In this document: positions 1 to 8,161 of the stretch, in pieces
How positions within the stretch are numbered: the stretch's first letter is position 1
How the letters are laid out: each line of letters opens with the position of its first letter
NCBI GenBank assembly: GCA_049303555.1
Contig: JBAQNF010000096.1
Coordinates: 1-38,937, forward strand
Length of the DNA: 38,937 nucleotides
Direction: 5' to 3'
Origin: Candidatus Moraniibacteriota bacterium
GTDB taxonomy: Bacteria > Patescibacteriota > Minisyncoccia > Moranbacterales > UBA1568
The notes under the pieces: generated by a model
What the model was told of the DNA's origin: nothing
Database searches by the model: none
The model's input: only the letters and a program-made list of their open reading frames with translations
Translations under genes and position numbers: made by a program

Positions 1-330
1 GTTGATCATCCGTTTGGAGCGATCCACCCATTCACTGCAGGGCAGAAGAAAGAGGTGGAGAGGTTGCTGGCAGAGCAGAAAGCGAGCTTCTTTTCGAGTG
101 GTGTGGTGACTGCGGAGCAGATCAAAATCATTGAGAATCTTCTCGATGTGAAGCTGATGGACAAGCTGGGACAATTCAAGACCCCGGTCAATGTGGAGGT
201 GTTTCCAAAGTTCCGTGTGGAACCGCAGCAGGTGAACATCATGAACCCTGAAAAGTATTTCAACTGGAAAGACGCGGTATGGTCGAGCGCGTTGGGGATT
301 ATATTGGGGGTTGTTATTAGTAAGGTCTAA
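1..330 (+). CDS. C-terminal part of a junction-spanning hypothetical protein with a C-terminal transmembrane anchor
   Basis: Frame 1 is open from base 1 to TAA 328-330. The C-terminus AVWSSALGIILGVVISKV is hydrophobic. An in-frame ATG start lies at 38888 if the identical 8-bp ends are merged. Confidence 0.5.
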   Translation, partial: VDHPFGAIHPFTAGQKKEVERLLAEQKASFFSSGVVTAEQIKIIENLLDVKLMDKLGQFKTPVNVEVFPKFRVEPQQVNIMNPEKYFNWKDAVWSSALGIILGVVISKV

Positions 331-334
331 TTGT

Positions 335-571
335 ATGGCGAAGAAAAAAGATGTGTTCGATCCGTCGAGTGAGCCGGTGCAGATGAAGTTCAATGAGGCA
401 GAGAAGTCCCTGATTGTGAAGGGTTTGGACAGAATAATTTCGGACGTCGAAAAAGTCTCGATTTCGGCAGATCGGATGAATATTAAGAAGGCGGCCAAGG
501 AGGTCCAGATATTCAAGCATGAGGTGGAGACATTGAGGAACAAGGTGCTTGGGAAGGTACCTCTTCTATGA
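335..571 (+). CDS. hypothetical protein (78 aa)
   Basis: ATG at 335 inside tracked ORF 311-571. The stop overlaps the next start (ATGA). The sequence looks helical and charged. Confidence 0.5.
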   Translation: MAKKKDVFDPSSEPVQMKFNEAEKSLIVKGLDRIISDVEKVSISADRMNIKKAAKEVQIFKHEVETLRNKVLGKVPLL

Positions 572-918
572 GGCCGATTCCGCTTCCGCTAAGGAAACAA
601 ATGGAAGCGGATCCACTCATGCACAGGTGTGTCCATGATAACCGGGACTGCCAAGACGAATATGGAAGGCGGCCCGGTCGTGCTGAGTGGGAGCACTGCT
701 TCATTTATTCAGGGAGGCAGGTCAATGAGTGGTGGGCGATAGTGGGGTGTTGTTGGTATCATCACCGTGGCGGTGGACTGGTAAAAGCGTATAATCAGTA
801 CATGGCCTTACGGAGGATGAGTGAAAATGATTTGGAAGAAGCGCAGAAAAAATATTCTCGGTTCGATTGGACTAAGGAGAGAAACAGGCTAATAAAAAAA
901 TTTACAAATAGGGTGTGA
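568..918 (+). CDS. Cys/His-rich protein, possible His-Me finger (HNH/NinG-like) nuclease
   Basis: HRCVHDNRDC...EWEHC...NEWWAIVGCCWYHH has the spacing of a Cys-pair, His-His, Asn, Cys-Cys-x-x-His-His arrangement. Recognised by eye only. Confidence 0.3.
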   Translation: MRPIPLPLRKQMEADPLMHRCVHDNRDCQDEYGRRPGRAEWEHCFIYSGRQVNEWWAIVGCCWYHHRGGGLVKAYNQYMALRRMSENDLEEAQKKYSRFDWTKERNRLIKKFTNRV

Positions 919-1310
919 AAAACCGATATTATCTCAACCAAGACACTGAAGAACTGGTGATTGTCACTGAGTCAGGTGATAATGATTTTTCAATCGCCGA
1001 GCTTCAGATGATTGCTGAAATTGAATATGAGGATGAAAAACAAGAAGATGATGAGAAGCCAAGGCAGCAGCACAATAAGAGATCTGATGCAGTGTCAGGG
1101 AAAAAGAGTGATGAGAGTTGGCGGAGCGGCCGTCGTGTCACTTTGAGGCAGAGGACATTGGTTCTGGATATGTTGAAGAATGGGAAGAATAGTAAAGAGA
1201 TTTCTGAGGAAATAGGTGAGGATTTGGAGTTCACGAATCAGATCATCGAGAAGGTCAAAGGTGCTGACATGAATTTCAAAGTCGAAAGAAAAGAGGGGTT
1301 TGGGTTGTAA
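915..1310 (+). CDS. hypothetical acidic protein with a C-terminal HTH-like segment
   Basis: GTG start overlaps the previous stop. An acidic centre is followed by LRQRTLVLDMLKNGKNSKEISEEIGEDLEFTNQIIEKV, which looks like an HTH. Confidence 0.4.
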   Translation: MKNRYYLNQDTEELVIVTESGDNDFSIAELQMIAEIEYEDEKQEDDEKPRQQHNKRSDAVSGKKSDESWRSGRRVTLRQRTLVLDMLKNGKNSKEISEEIGEDLEFTNQIIEKVKGADMNFKVERKEGFGL

Positions 1311-1330
1311 GCAACAAGAAGAAAAACATC

Positions 1331-1777
1331 ATGGCAATAAAGCAAAAATATTTTGGGGTGAAGAAGGGGCGGTCGTTTCTGATGAACTCAAACGACCAAC
1401 TGGTGCTCGGGAATTTTCTCCAAAAGTTTGAGGATGGACAAGAACTTGAGATGACTATTTCCAAGAGGCATATTCGAAGGACGTCAGGGCTTCCTGGTGA
1501 GGAGACGAATTTCAACGGGTATCTTTGGGGTGTGGCGTACAAGATGATCGGTGACCATATTGGGGAAATGGATCTCGATTATATTCACCACTGGGTTCAG
1601 ATCAATGTTGGGAATGTCAAAGGTATGCCGGATGGCCAGGTGGTACCACTTGGCACGAGTGACATGAGTGGCGGAGAGTTCGCGGAATATTGTTCGAAGG
1701 TTCGGATTTGGGCAGGGAACCCGGAGGGGTTGGCCTTATATCTCCCGGAGCCGAATGAAGCAGAGTGGTCAAGATAA
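1331..1777 (+). CDS. ninB: NinB/Orf-like (DUF1367-like) recombination mediator
   Basis: 148 aa. The TNFNGYLWGVAYKMI segment and GTSDMSGGEFAEYCSKVRIWAGNPEGLALYLPEP resemble lambda Orf (QNRKLW... and STSRMRVGEFAELLELIQAFGTERGV). A-rich leader AAAACATCATG. Confidence 0.5.
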   Translation: MAIKQKYFGVKKGRSFLMNSNDQLVLGNFLQKFEDGQELEMTISKRHIRRTSGLPGEETNFNGYLWGVAYKMIGDHIGEMDLDYIHHWVQINVGNVKGMPDGQVVPLGTSDMSGGEFAEYCSKVRIWAGNPEGLALYLPEPNEAEWSR

Positions 1778-1795
1778 TTTCTTTTTCAAATTATT

Positions 1796-1894
1796 ATGAA
1801 AATCATTACATTGATAGCAGCGATTGGGATGGCAGGGATATCGATATTCTTTGGGTATATGGTCATTCGGATTTGTCTGATTATCTTGGGATAG
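1796..1894 (+). CDS. small hydrophobic membrane peptide (32 aa)
   Basis: MKIITLIAAIGMAGISIFFGYMVIRICLIILG. Below the ORF-track size cutoff. It fills an otherwise empty gap. Confidence 0.3.
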   Translation: MKIITLIAAIGMAGISIFFGYMVIRICLIILG

Positions 1895-1899
1895 GGGTT

Positions 1900-1928
1900 T
1901 TGCATGAAGTTTTGTGTGGCGGTAAGAT
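1900..1928 (+). promoter_or_regulatory. sigma70-like promoter TTGCAT-N17-TAAGAT
   Basis: -35 TTGCAT 1900-1905, 17-nt spacer, -10 TAAGAT 1923-1928. Same -35 and spacing as the promoters at 32022 and 35105. Followed by the ATAACCAA leader and the replication gene. Confidence 0.5.
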
Positions 1929-1955
1929 AGAAAAGAAATAACCAAAAAAAACATC

Positions 1956-2732
1956 ATGGAACTCGTACTGAAGGCCATGTTCCAGAGGGTGGTGGCGTAT
2001 ACTCCTGTCATCGCGAAAGCGACCGGATCGGTGAAGCTGACAGTCTTGTGGAATCAAATATATTACTGGTGCGACAAAACGACGGACCCAGAAGGGTGGG
2101 TTTATAAGTCGCAGGAAGACCTGTTCGATGAGACCGGACTGACCCGCAAGGCAGTCGATACGGCGCGAGCATTGGGGAAGAAGCTGGGGATCATGGAGAC
2201 GATGGTCAAGGGTACGCCGCCGACGGTTCACTATCGCGTGGACATTGACCGGATGGTGGAGCTGATTGCGGCGTATTTGAAAAAGCACCCGGAGAAAAAG
2301 CAGAAGGCTTTCAAGATTGTTCCGGAGTCGAAGGAGAGGGCACCGAAGGAATCAGCGATCGAGCTTCCGGCTTGGCTGAACAAAGCGGCGTGGGAGGAAT
2401 TTGAACAACACCGCAAAGAGAAGAAGAAGGCGATGACACCACTGGCGAGGAAGAAGGCTTTTGCTTTCCTGGAAAAGAATCAGGCGGACCATGTGGAGAT
2501 CATCAACATTTCAATACGAAACGGGTGGACAGGTCTTTTTGAGATCAAGAAGCCGAAGCCGAGCGACGCGCAGATCAGGACTAACGCAAAGCAGTCAGTG
2601 GAGGAGCGTGAGCGGATGGCTGTCTTGACCGCGCCAAGAGTACCGAGGACACCGGAGGAGCAGGCACGGATCAACGATACTTTGAACAAGATGAGGGGCG
2701 GTCTAAAAAACAAGATGAAAATGAAACTATGA
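1956..2732 (+). CDS. replication organiser/initiator-like protein (DnaD or phage O-like winged helix)
   Basis: N-terminal winged-helix-like segment (VLWNQIYYWCDKTTDPEGWVYKSQEDLFDETGLTRKAVDTARALGKKLGI). C-terminal LPAWLNKAAWEEFEQHRKEKKKAMTPLARKKAFAFLEK...IRNGWTGLFE, typical of phage replication proteins. Confidence 0.5.
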   Translation: MELVLKAMFQRVVAYTPVIAKATGSVKLTVLWNQIYYWCDKTTDPEGWVYKSQEDLFDETGLTRKAVDTARALGKKLGIMETMVKGTPPTVHYRVDIDRMVELIAAYLKKHPEKKQKAFKIVPESKERAPKESAIELPAWLNKAAWEEFEQHRKEKKKAMTPLARKKAFAFLEKNQADHVEIINISIRNGWTGLFEIKKPKPSDAQIRTNAKQSVEERERMAVLTAPRVPRTPEEQARINDTLNKMRGGLKNKMKMKL

Positions 2733-2965
2733 GCCAGACAGAATTGGAGGTGAAAAAGAATATCGATGTCAGAAAGTTCGAGCCACAATCGAAAGAACTT
2801 TTCTACTTCGTGACTATGGGAACCAGTGGATTCAATGTCAGTGCTCATCTTTTCGGTGACGAGTATAATGACAAAGAGCGCGTGGCTTTTGGAAATAGCT
2901 TTGCAACAAGAGACGAGGTTGATTTTGTCAAAGAGAAGTTGAATCAGCTTTTCAAGAGTCTATGA
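2729..2965 (+). CDS. hypothetical protein (78 aa)
   Basis: ATGA start/stop overlap with the upstream gene. Ordinary globular composition. Confidence 0.45.
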   Translation: MSQTELEVKKNIDVRKFEPQSKELFYFVTMGTSGFNVSAHLFGDEYNDKERVAFGNSFATRDEVDFVKEKLNQLFKSL

Positions 2966-2968
2966 GAT

Positions 2969-3328
2969 ATGTCCACTTTTACCAACGGGAAACATCCCTA
3001 TAATGGGAAGTTCAACAGCTCGGGTCAGAGGAAGCGGTCAAAGCTATACGCAGGATTGAATGTCAGCTTCAAAGAAATTGGGAAAGCGTTCGATCAGATA
3101 GAACGAGAAAGGAATGTAAGCAATAAAAAAACTGTCATGAGCGGGAAACAAGACAAAAAGTTGCGGAAGGAAATGCAGATGAATCACCGGGAACAGGTGA
3201 AGCTGTACCGTGAGAAGGTGGAGGAGATTGCGAAGCGTGATACGAATATGTTCCGGCCGAAGCCGTTCTGGTTTCCGATGTTTCTCTGGGTGTGGATACT
3301 TGGGTTCTTTATTAAGATCAAGCGGTAA
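2969..3328 (+). CDS. basic, tail-anchored membrane protein
   Basis: Lys/Arg-rich with a C-terminal TM segment PFWFPMFLWVWILGFFIKI. TAATG overlap with the glycosyltransferase gene. Confidence 0.45.
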   Translation: MSTFTNGKHPYNGKFNSSGQRKRSKLYAGLNVSFKEIGKAFDQIERERNVSNKKTVMSGKQDKKLRKEMQMNHREQVKLYREKVEEIAKRDTNMFRPKPFWFPMFLWVWILGFFIKIKR

Positions 3329-3963
3329 TGAATAACAAAGTTATCATCATCAGATTCCACTACCCGGTGGACGACAAGCGGTTCGAATGGAGGTTCGGAT
3401 TCTTCAAGACGATCGTCTGGCCGAGGATTCTGGCGCAGACGAATAAGGAATTCGATGTGGCGATTCGCTGCAATCCGGCCCATGAGGAGCTTTTCAAGAG
3501 TCTGCCAGGGGGGAAGACCATCATCACATTCCAGACAAAGAACGATACTCCGAGGTATAAAGTGAATGGTCGGAAGCGGTACTTTCATGATTTCGTTCCG
3601 TGGAGTGACGTCATAGGACTCCCGATGTATGATATCCAGATAGGGCTTGATTCTGATGATTTGATATCTCCTAACTATGTAGCGAAGATTCAAGCAGTCT
3701 GTAAAGGAAACGAGTCATTGCATGTTTTTTTTCAGCCTCAACTCTTTCGTCTGAAGACGCTCAGGATAGAGTCGATGGCGGAATACAGTCGAGAGAGAGG
3801 ATCAGCGTTCAGGGCCCTCTATCAACCAGACAAGAGCGATTACAGATTCATCGATAGCGTGTCGCACATGATTCTTTGGACGTTGGCGAAGAAGAGCGTC
3901 GGATATGTAGATGGTGAATGTTTCGCGGTGGCGCATGATTTGAATGAATCAACAGGGAAATGA
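3328..3963 (+). CDS. GT2-like glycosyltransferase (putative rhamnosyltransferase-type)
   Basis: N-terminal VIIIRFHY...R..FF..IVWPRILAQTNKEFDVAI and a DxD-type motif GLDSDDLISPNYV, as in Glyco_tranf_2_5-like proteins. Confidence 0.55.
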   Translation: MNNKVIIIRFHYPVDDKRFEWRFGFFKTIVWPRILAQTNKEFDVAIRCNPAHEELFKSLPGGKTIITFQTKNDTPRYKVNGRKRYFHDFVPWSDVIGLPMYDIQIGLDSDDLISPNYVAKIQAVCKGNESLHVFFQPQLFRLKTLRIESMAEYSRERGSAFRALYQPDKSDYRFIDSVSHMILWTLAKKSVGYVDGECFAVAHDLNESTGK

Positions 3964-4430
3964 AAAAAGAATACCCGTGGAAAATGAAGTGGACGAAGCG
4001 CACGATGGCAGCGCTTCAATTCGTGACCGAGAATGCTTCAGTAGTGGATCTTGGAGGAGGACTTGGAGAGGTGCATGACCTACGGCCAGACCTTTATTAT
4101 CTGTCTATAGACCGGGAAAAGTGGAATGAGTATACGGTGGTGGCCGACATGGAAAAGGAACTGCCGGATATCGGACACAAGAGGGACTTCGTTCTTTCGC
4201 TCGGGGCGATAGAATACATGGGAGATCCGGAGCGATTTCTGTCAGAGATTGAAAAATACGGGAAGTCGCTTGTCATATCATACCGATACGGACCGATCAA
4301 TATGGGCAGGAAGAATCAGATGACCATTGGCGAGTTTATAAAAATGCTTAAGAGAAGCAACTGGGAGATAATTTCAGAAATAAAAATCAGCACCATCGAG
4401 CGGATCTGGTACTGTAGAAAAACACTATGA
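3960..4430 (+). CDS. class I SAM-dependent methyltransferase
   Basis: Motif I VVDLGGGLGE, followed by LSIDRE and DFVLSLGAIEYMGDPERFL (post-I and motif II/III-like). ATGA overlaps on both sides. Confidence 0.6.
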   Translation: MKKEYPWKMKWTKRTMAALQFVTENASVVDLGGGLGEVHDLRPDLYYLSIDREKWNEYTVVADMEKELPDIGHKRDFVLSLGAIEYMGDPERFLSEIEKYGKSLVISYRYGPINMGRKNQMTIGEFIKMLKRSNWEIISEIKISTIERIWYCRKTL

Positions 4431-5143
4431 GAGCCTACTGGCACCAAAGCAGAAACTTCGGGGATACGCTGACTCCCCCGATCATCCACGCGATTCTTGG
4501 TGAGGATGTGGAATTCGCTCTGAGAAATTCAGGAGGGAAATTGATAGCGATCGGCAGCATAATCGTAGCCTTACGAAGAGGAGATGTGGTATGGGGTACC
4601 GGGTCAATCAGGGCCGGACAGCCAGGGTGTATCAAACAACCGCCGCGTTCGAAGTTTCTCGCAGTCCGGGGGCCACTCACGCGCGAGCTTATCGATGGGG
4701 ATGTTCCGGAAGTATACGGGGACCCGGGGATATTGCTCCCGATTGTGTACCGGCCGACAGTAGCGATCACGCACAAGGTCGGGTATATGCCGCATCATGT
4801 AGACCGGGAGATTTTCAAGAAGCAGCATCCGATCAAGGAAGGAGAGTTGTTTATTGATATCATGCAAGACTGGCGCGAGGTAGTGAAACAGATCCTTTCA
4901 TGCGAAGAGATCGTCACATCTTCGCTTCACGGGATAGTCTGCTCTGAGGCGTATGGGCTGCCGGTTACCTGGGTGAAGTATTCGGACGGCATTATCGGAG
5001 GAGAGTTTAAGTTTCAAGACTACTTTCTCGGGACAGGGAGGCGGCGACATTCGTACGGGGAACGAATCGAACCGATACAAAACCTCTGCCAGAGGCAAGA
5101 AGCACTCATTATGGCACTAAAAAAACACTATGGAAAAAATTGA
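4427..5143 (+). CDS. polysaccharide pyruvyl transferase (CsaB/WcaK/GumL-like)
   Basis: N-terminal NFGDTLTPPIIHAILG and C-terminal IVTSSLHGIVCSEAYGLPVTWV...KFQDYF match the hallmark PS_pyruv_trans motifs. Confidence 0.65.
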   Translation: MRAYWHQSRNFGDTLTPPIIHAILGEDVEFALRNSGGKLIAIGSIIVALRRGDVVWGTGSIRAGQPGCIKQPPRSKFLAVRGPLTRELIDGDVPEVYGDPGILLPIVYRPTVAITHKVGYMPHHVDREIFKKQHPIKEGELFIDIMQDWREVVKQILSCEEIVTSSLHGIVCSEAYGLPVTWVKYSDGIIGGEFKFQDYFLGTGRRRHSYGERIEPIQNLCQRQEALIMALKKHYGKN

Positions 5144-6017
5144 TTTGGTCTATATTCTCGGCACGGGGAGCCGTTGGAGAAACAACGAAATCCGGTACTC
5201 ACTCCGGAGCGTAGAGAGGAACTTTCCAGTCGGGAAAGTTTTCATCATTGGAGAATGCCCGGACTGGATAACGGGCGCGATTCATATACCGGCCCCTGAT
5301 ATTCACAAAAATAAGCAGGCAAACGCAAGAGAGAAGTATCTGATCGCGGCTAAGGATAAGCGAATCGGAGAGAACTTCGCGCTGATGAATGATGATTTTT
5401 TCATACTAAAATCGGTTAAGAAGGTGGAGAATTATTCTCGAGGTACCATCCAGGAGATGATCGACCGGCATCCGACCAAGAGCGGTTACTATTACCAGTC
5501 GCTCAAAGATACGAAGAGAGTCCTGGAAAGCATGGGAATTGTTGATCCGGAGGATTTCGAGATCCACGCGCCGATCATGTTCAATAAAGAAAAACTGCTG
5601 ACGACCATTCAGCTTGTCGGAGCTGAAAAGGATTATTCTTTCCGGAGTTGCTATGGCAATCTGAATGCTCTCAAAGGAAAAAAGACGATTGATTTCAAGG
5701 CGAACGGGCTGGTAGAATTTGCCTATCAAGTGAAAAGAGATCCGACATATCTATCGATTAGTGATGCGCTGGTAGCAGAGAGAGAATTTCGCGATTGGTT
5801 GCGGAGAAAATTTCGAAACCCGAGCAGGTACGAAACTGATAGGGGAGAAGGCGCAGACATCTTGCCTGGAGGAGAAATGAAATCGCTTCGGTACTATGCT
5901 GTAGATACATTCACTTATGCTGGGAAGACATATTCACAGGGAGAAATTATCCAGCATGAGATCATGGATGAACTCAGAAATCAGCGGCAGATGAAAGACC
6001 TTTGGGTCCTGAAATAG
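5130..6017 (+). CDS. Stealth-family sugar-1-phosphate (hexose-1-phosphoryl) transferase
   Basis: CR1-like IDLVYILG. CR2 NNEIRYSLRSVERNFP..KVFIIGECPDWI. CR3 FALMNDDFFILK. CR4 EIHAPIMFNKEKL. Confidence 0.65.
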   Translation: MEKIDLVYILGTGSRWRNNEIRYSLRSVERNFPVGKVFIIGECPDWITGAIHIPAPDIHKNKQANAREKYLIAAKDKRIGENFALMNDDFFILKSVKKVENYSRGTIQEMIDRHPTKSGYYYQSLKDTKRVLESMGIVDPEDFEIHAPIMFNKEKLLTTIQLVGAEKDYSFRSCYGNLNALKGKKTIDFKANGLVEFAYQVKRDPTYLSISDALVAEREFRDWLRRKFRNPSRYETDRGEGADILPGGEMKSLRYYAVDTFTYAGKTYSQGEIIQHEIMDELRNQRQMKDLWVLK

Positions 6018-6019
6018 CA

Positions 6020-6048
6020 TTGACAAAGGCTTAAATACGCGATATAAT
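6020..6048 (+). promoter_or_regulatory. perfect-consensus sigma70 promoter TTGACA-N17-TATAAT
   Basis: TTGACA 6020-6025, exact 17-nt spacer, TATAAT 6043-6048. Lies in the only sizeable gap after the glycan cassette, 68 nt upstream of ATG 6116. Confidence 0.7.
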
Positions 6049-6115
6049 GGGTATTAAGAAGGTCGGGTGAGGCCTTCCCAGGGTGATTTAATCAACCAGG
6101 GAAAATATCACAATT

Positions 6116-6637
6116 ATGAAGCGAAAAACACCAAAGCGTGGGGAGCAGGGGAAATGGAGGATTGGGTTGAAGACAAGGGTAAAAATAGTGTTCGGGGTTA
6201 TACTGGCGATTGGATTCGGTGCCAGTTCGGTCGTGAATTATTATGAAGGCGGGAAGCTGGTCAAGGAGGTGTTTGGAGGGACGAGCATGGTTTCTCAGGC
6301 ACAAGCCAAGAGCTTTGAGAAAGAGGTTGACCTGGCACCGGCGAAGGACTGCAATGAGGCAATAGATCGTACTGATGGCCCGGCTGATCTGATGAAGAGA
6401 ATCGTGAAGTCGGAAAGTACCAATAATCCGAAGGTGAAGAATCCAGTGAGTTCGGCGAGTGGGTGTTTTCAGTGGATAAGCTCTTCATGGAATCAGTACG
6501 GGAAAGAATTTTGGGGAGAGGACTTCTTTGGAAAGAATATCTACAACCCACAGGACAACACCGATCTGGCGGCCTATGTGATAGGGAAGTACGGTACAAA
6601 TGATTGGAATGCGAGTCGTGACAAATGGTCTAAGTAG
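6116..6637 (+). CDS. membrane-anchored SLT-like lytic transglycosylase
   Basis: N-terminal TM segment (IVFGVILAIGFGASSVV). Catalytic-type E-S motif IVKSESTNNP followed by SASGCFQWISSSW and NPQDNTDLAAYV, resembling ES...GLMQ...AYNxG of family-1 transglycosylases. Confidence 0.5.
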   Translation: MKRKTPKRGEQGKWRIGLKTRVKIVFGVILAIGFGASSVVNYYEGGKLVKEVFGGTSMVSQAQAKSFEKEVDLAPAKDCNEAIDRTDGPADLMKRIVKSESTNNPKVKNPVSSASGCFQWISSSWNQYGKEFWGEDFFGKNIYNPQDNTDLAAYVIGKYGTNDWNASRDKWSK

Positions 6638-6646
6638 GGGTATACT

Positions 6647-6676
6647 AAGAAGTAGGAATAGCCTACTTCTTTTTTA
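6647..6676 (+). terminator. rho-independent terminator
   Basis: Perfect 10-bp stem AAGAAGTAGG / CCTACTTCTT (6647-6656 / 6662-6671), 5-nt loop, then a T-run. Confidence 0.75.
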
Positions 6677-6693
6677 TAATTAAAAACAAAGCC

Positions 6694-7266
6694 ATGGATC
6701 TTCAGTGGGAAACAGGTCGCCGGAAGGTGTCTGAGTTGAAGCATTGGGAGGACAACCCCAGAAAAATCACGCCAGAAAAGCTGGAAGATTTGAAGGACAA
6801 AATCAGGCAGAGAGGTTTTCATGATGTATTGAAGTTGGATGAGGCCGGCATGATTCTTTCCGGGAACATGCGCAAGGAAGCCCTTGAGCAGTTGGGAATC
6901 GAGGAGGTCAACGTCCTGATACCGAGCCGGAAATTGACGACCGAGGAGAAAATCCTGGTTGGCTTGGAGTCGAATGTATTGGCCGGAGAATGGAACTGGG
7001 AACTGCTGGGGGGATTCGATAAAGACCTTTTGGAGAAAGCTGGGTTTGGCGAGGAGGATATGCGCGTCAATTTTGGGATTAGCGACGCGGAGATGGAACA
7101 GGTGGACATGGGGAGAATGCAACTCCTGGCCGTCATGCCACCAGAGTCACCAAGACTCAAGGAAAAAGCGGTGATTCATTTTGAAAACATAGGGGACTAT
7201 CGGAAGGTGAAAAAGGCAATCGAGGACGGGCGCCTTTCTTCGGAGAGCCTCCTAAAAATGTTATGA
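6694..7266 (+). CDS. ParB-like nuclease-domain protein
   Basis: WEDNPRKITPEKLEDLKDKIRQRGFHDVLKLDEAGMILSGNMRKEALEQLGIEEVNV matches the ParB N-terminal (ParBc) pattern NPR...L..SI...G...P..V...G.HR..A. ATGA overlap with the methyltransferase gene. Confidence 0.6.
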   Translation: MDLQWETGRRKVSELKHWEDNPRKITPEKLEDLKDKIRQRGFHDVLKLDEAGMILSGNMRKEALEQLGIEEVNVLIPSRKLTTEEKILVGLESNVLAGEWNWELLGGFDKDLLEKAGFGEEDMRVNFGISDAEMEQVDMGRMQLLAVMPPESPRLKEKAVIHFENIGDYRKVKKAIEDGRLSSESLLKML

Positions 7267-8159
7267 AAAAACTTCGGTATTTTTCGACATTCACAGGAAT
7301 CGGGGGCCTCGACTGGGGACTGGAAGAGATGGGCGCCAAGTGCGTCGGGTTCTCGGAAGTGAAGGAGAGCTCGATCCGCATATACCAGGGACACTTCCCG
7401 GACCACAAGAATTTCGGGGACATCACCAAGATCAACCCGAAGGAGCTCCCGGATTTTGATGTCTTCACTGGGGGGTTCCCATGCCAAGCGTTCTCTATCG
7501 CGGGAGACCGGAAGGGATTCAAAGACCGGCGCGGTCAGATGATATTTTTCATATACGATATTCTCAAGGAGAAAAAGCCGGAGTACCTGGTGCTTGAGAA
7601 TGTGAAGGGGATATTCAGTCATGACGGGGGGCGGACGGTGCAGAATGTATTCAAGCTTCTGTCCGCAGCCGGGTACCACATGAGAATCGTTTTGCTCAAT
7701 GCTTCCCATTACGGGTCGGCCCAGGCGAGGGAGCGAGTGGTCTTCATTGGGCGGAGGAGCAAGGACTTTCCAGAGAAGCACCCGGAGATCCGGGACAATA
7801 CTAAACGATTCAGAGATTTCCGGGAGAAGCGGAAGGATTACAAGTATGTGACGCCAGGGAGAGCTGAGAAATTATTGTCAGGTGAGAACAAAGCAATGTT
7901 TATCGGGGGGTACGATAAGGTGAATACCCTGACAACAGGTATTTCTACATCAGGGCGGGCTCTCGTAGTGACCCAGGAGAAAGATGATCCAAGGCTTCGG
8001 TACCTGACAGAGCTCGAAGGTGAGCGATTGCAGGGATTCCCGGATGACTGGACCAAGGACGGGTCGCGGGTCGAAAGATGGTTCGCGATCGGGAACGCGG
8101 TGAATTGCCGGATGAGCAGCTATTTATTCAATGATTACCTGAAGGGGATCTGGTGGTGA
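7263..8159 (+). CDS. dcm: DNA (cytosine-5)-methyltransferase
   Basis: Motif I FSTFTGIGGLDWG, motif IV GGFPCQAFSIAG, motif VI LVLENVKG, motif VIII QARERVVFIG, motif X IGNAVNC. Confidence 0.9.
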   Translation: MKKLRYFSTFTGIGGLDWGLEEMGAKCVGFSEVKESSIRIYQGHFPDHKNFGDITKINPKELPDFDVFTGGFPCQAFSIAGDRKGFKDRRGQMIFFIYDILKEKKPEYLVLENVKGIFSHDGGRTVQNVFKLLSAAGYHMRIVLLNASHYGSAQARERVVFIGRRSKDFPEKHPEIRDNTKRFRDFREKRKDYKYVTPGRAEKLLSGENKAMFIGGYDKVNTLTTGISTSGRALVVTQEKDDPRLRYLTELEGERLQGFPDDWTKDGSRVERWFAIGNAVNCRMSSYLFNDYLKGIWW

Positions 8160-8161
8160 GT

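Noticed and set aside
4591-4857. Same-strand overlapping ORFs inside larger genes (4591-4857, 6959-7174, 10326-10544, 16199-16390, 16453-16738, 23409-23642, 24616-25014, 26228-26503, 30504-30780, 34798-35122, 35707-35889, 37806-38030)
   Set aside because: They are out-of-frame readings of genes with good domain evidence, R/G/S-rich in composition, and lack start signals.
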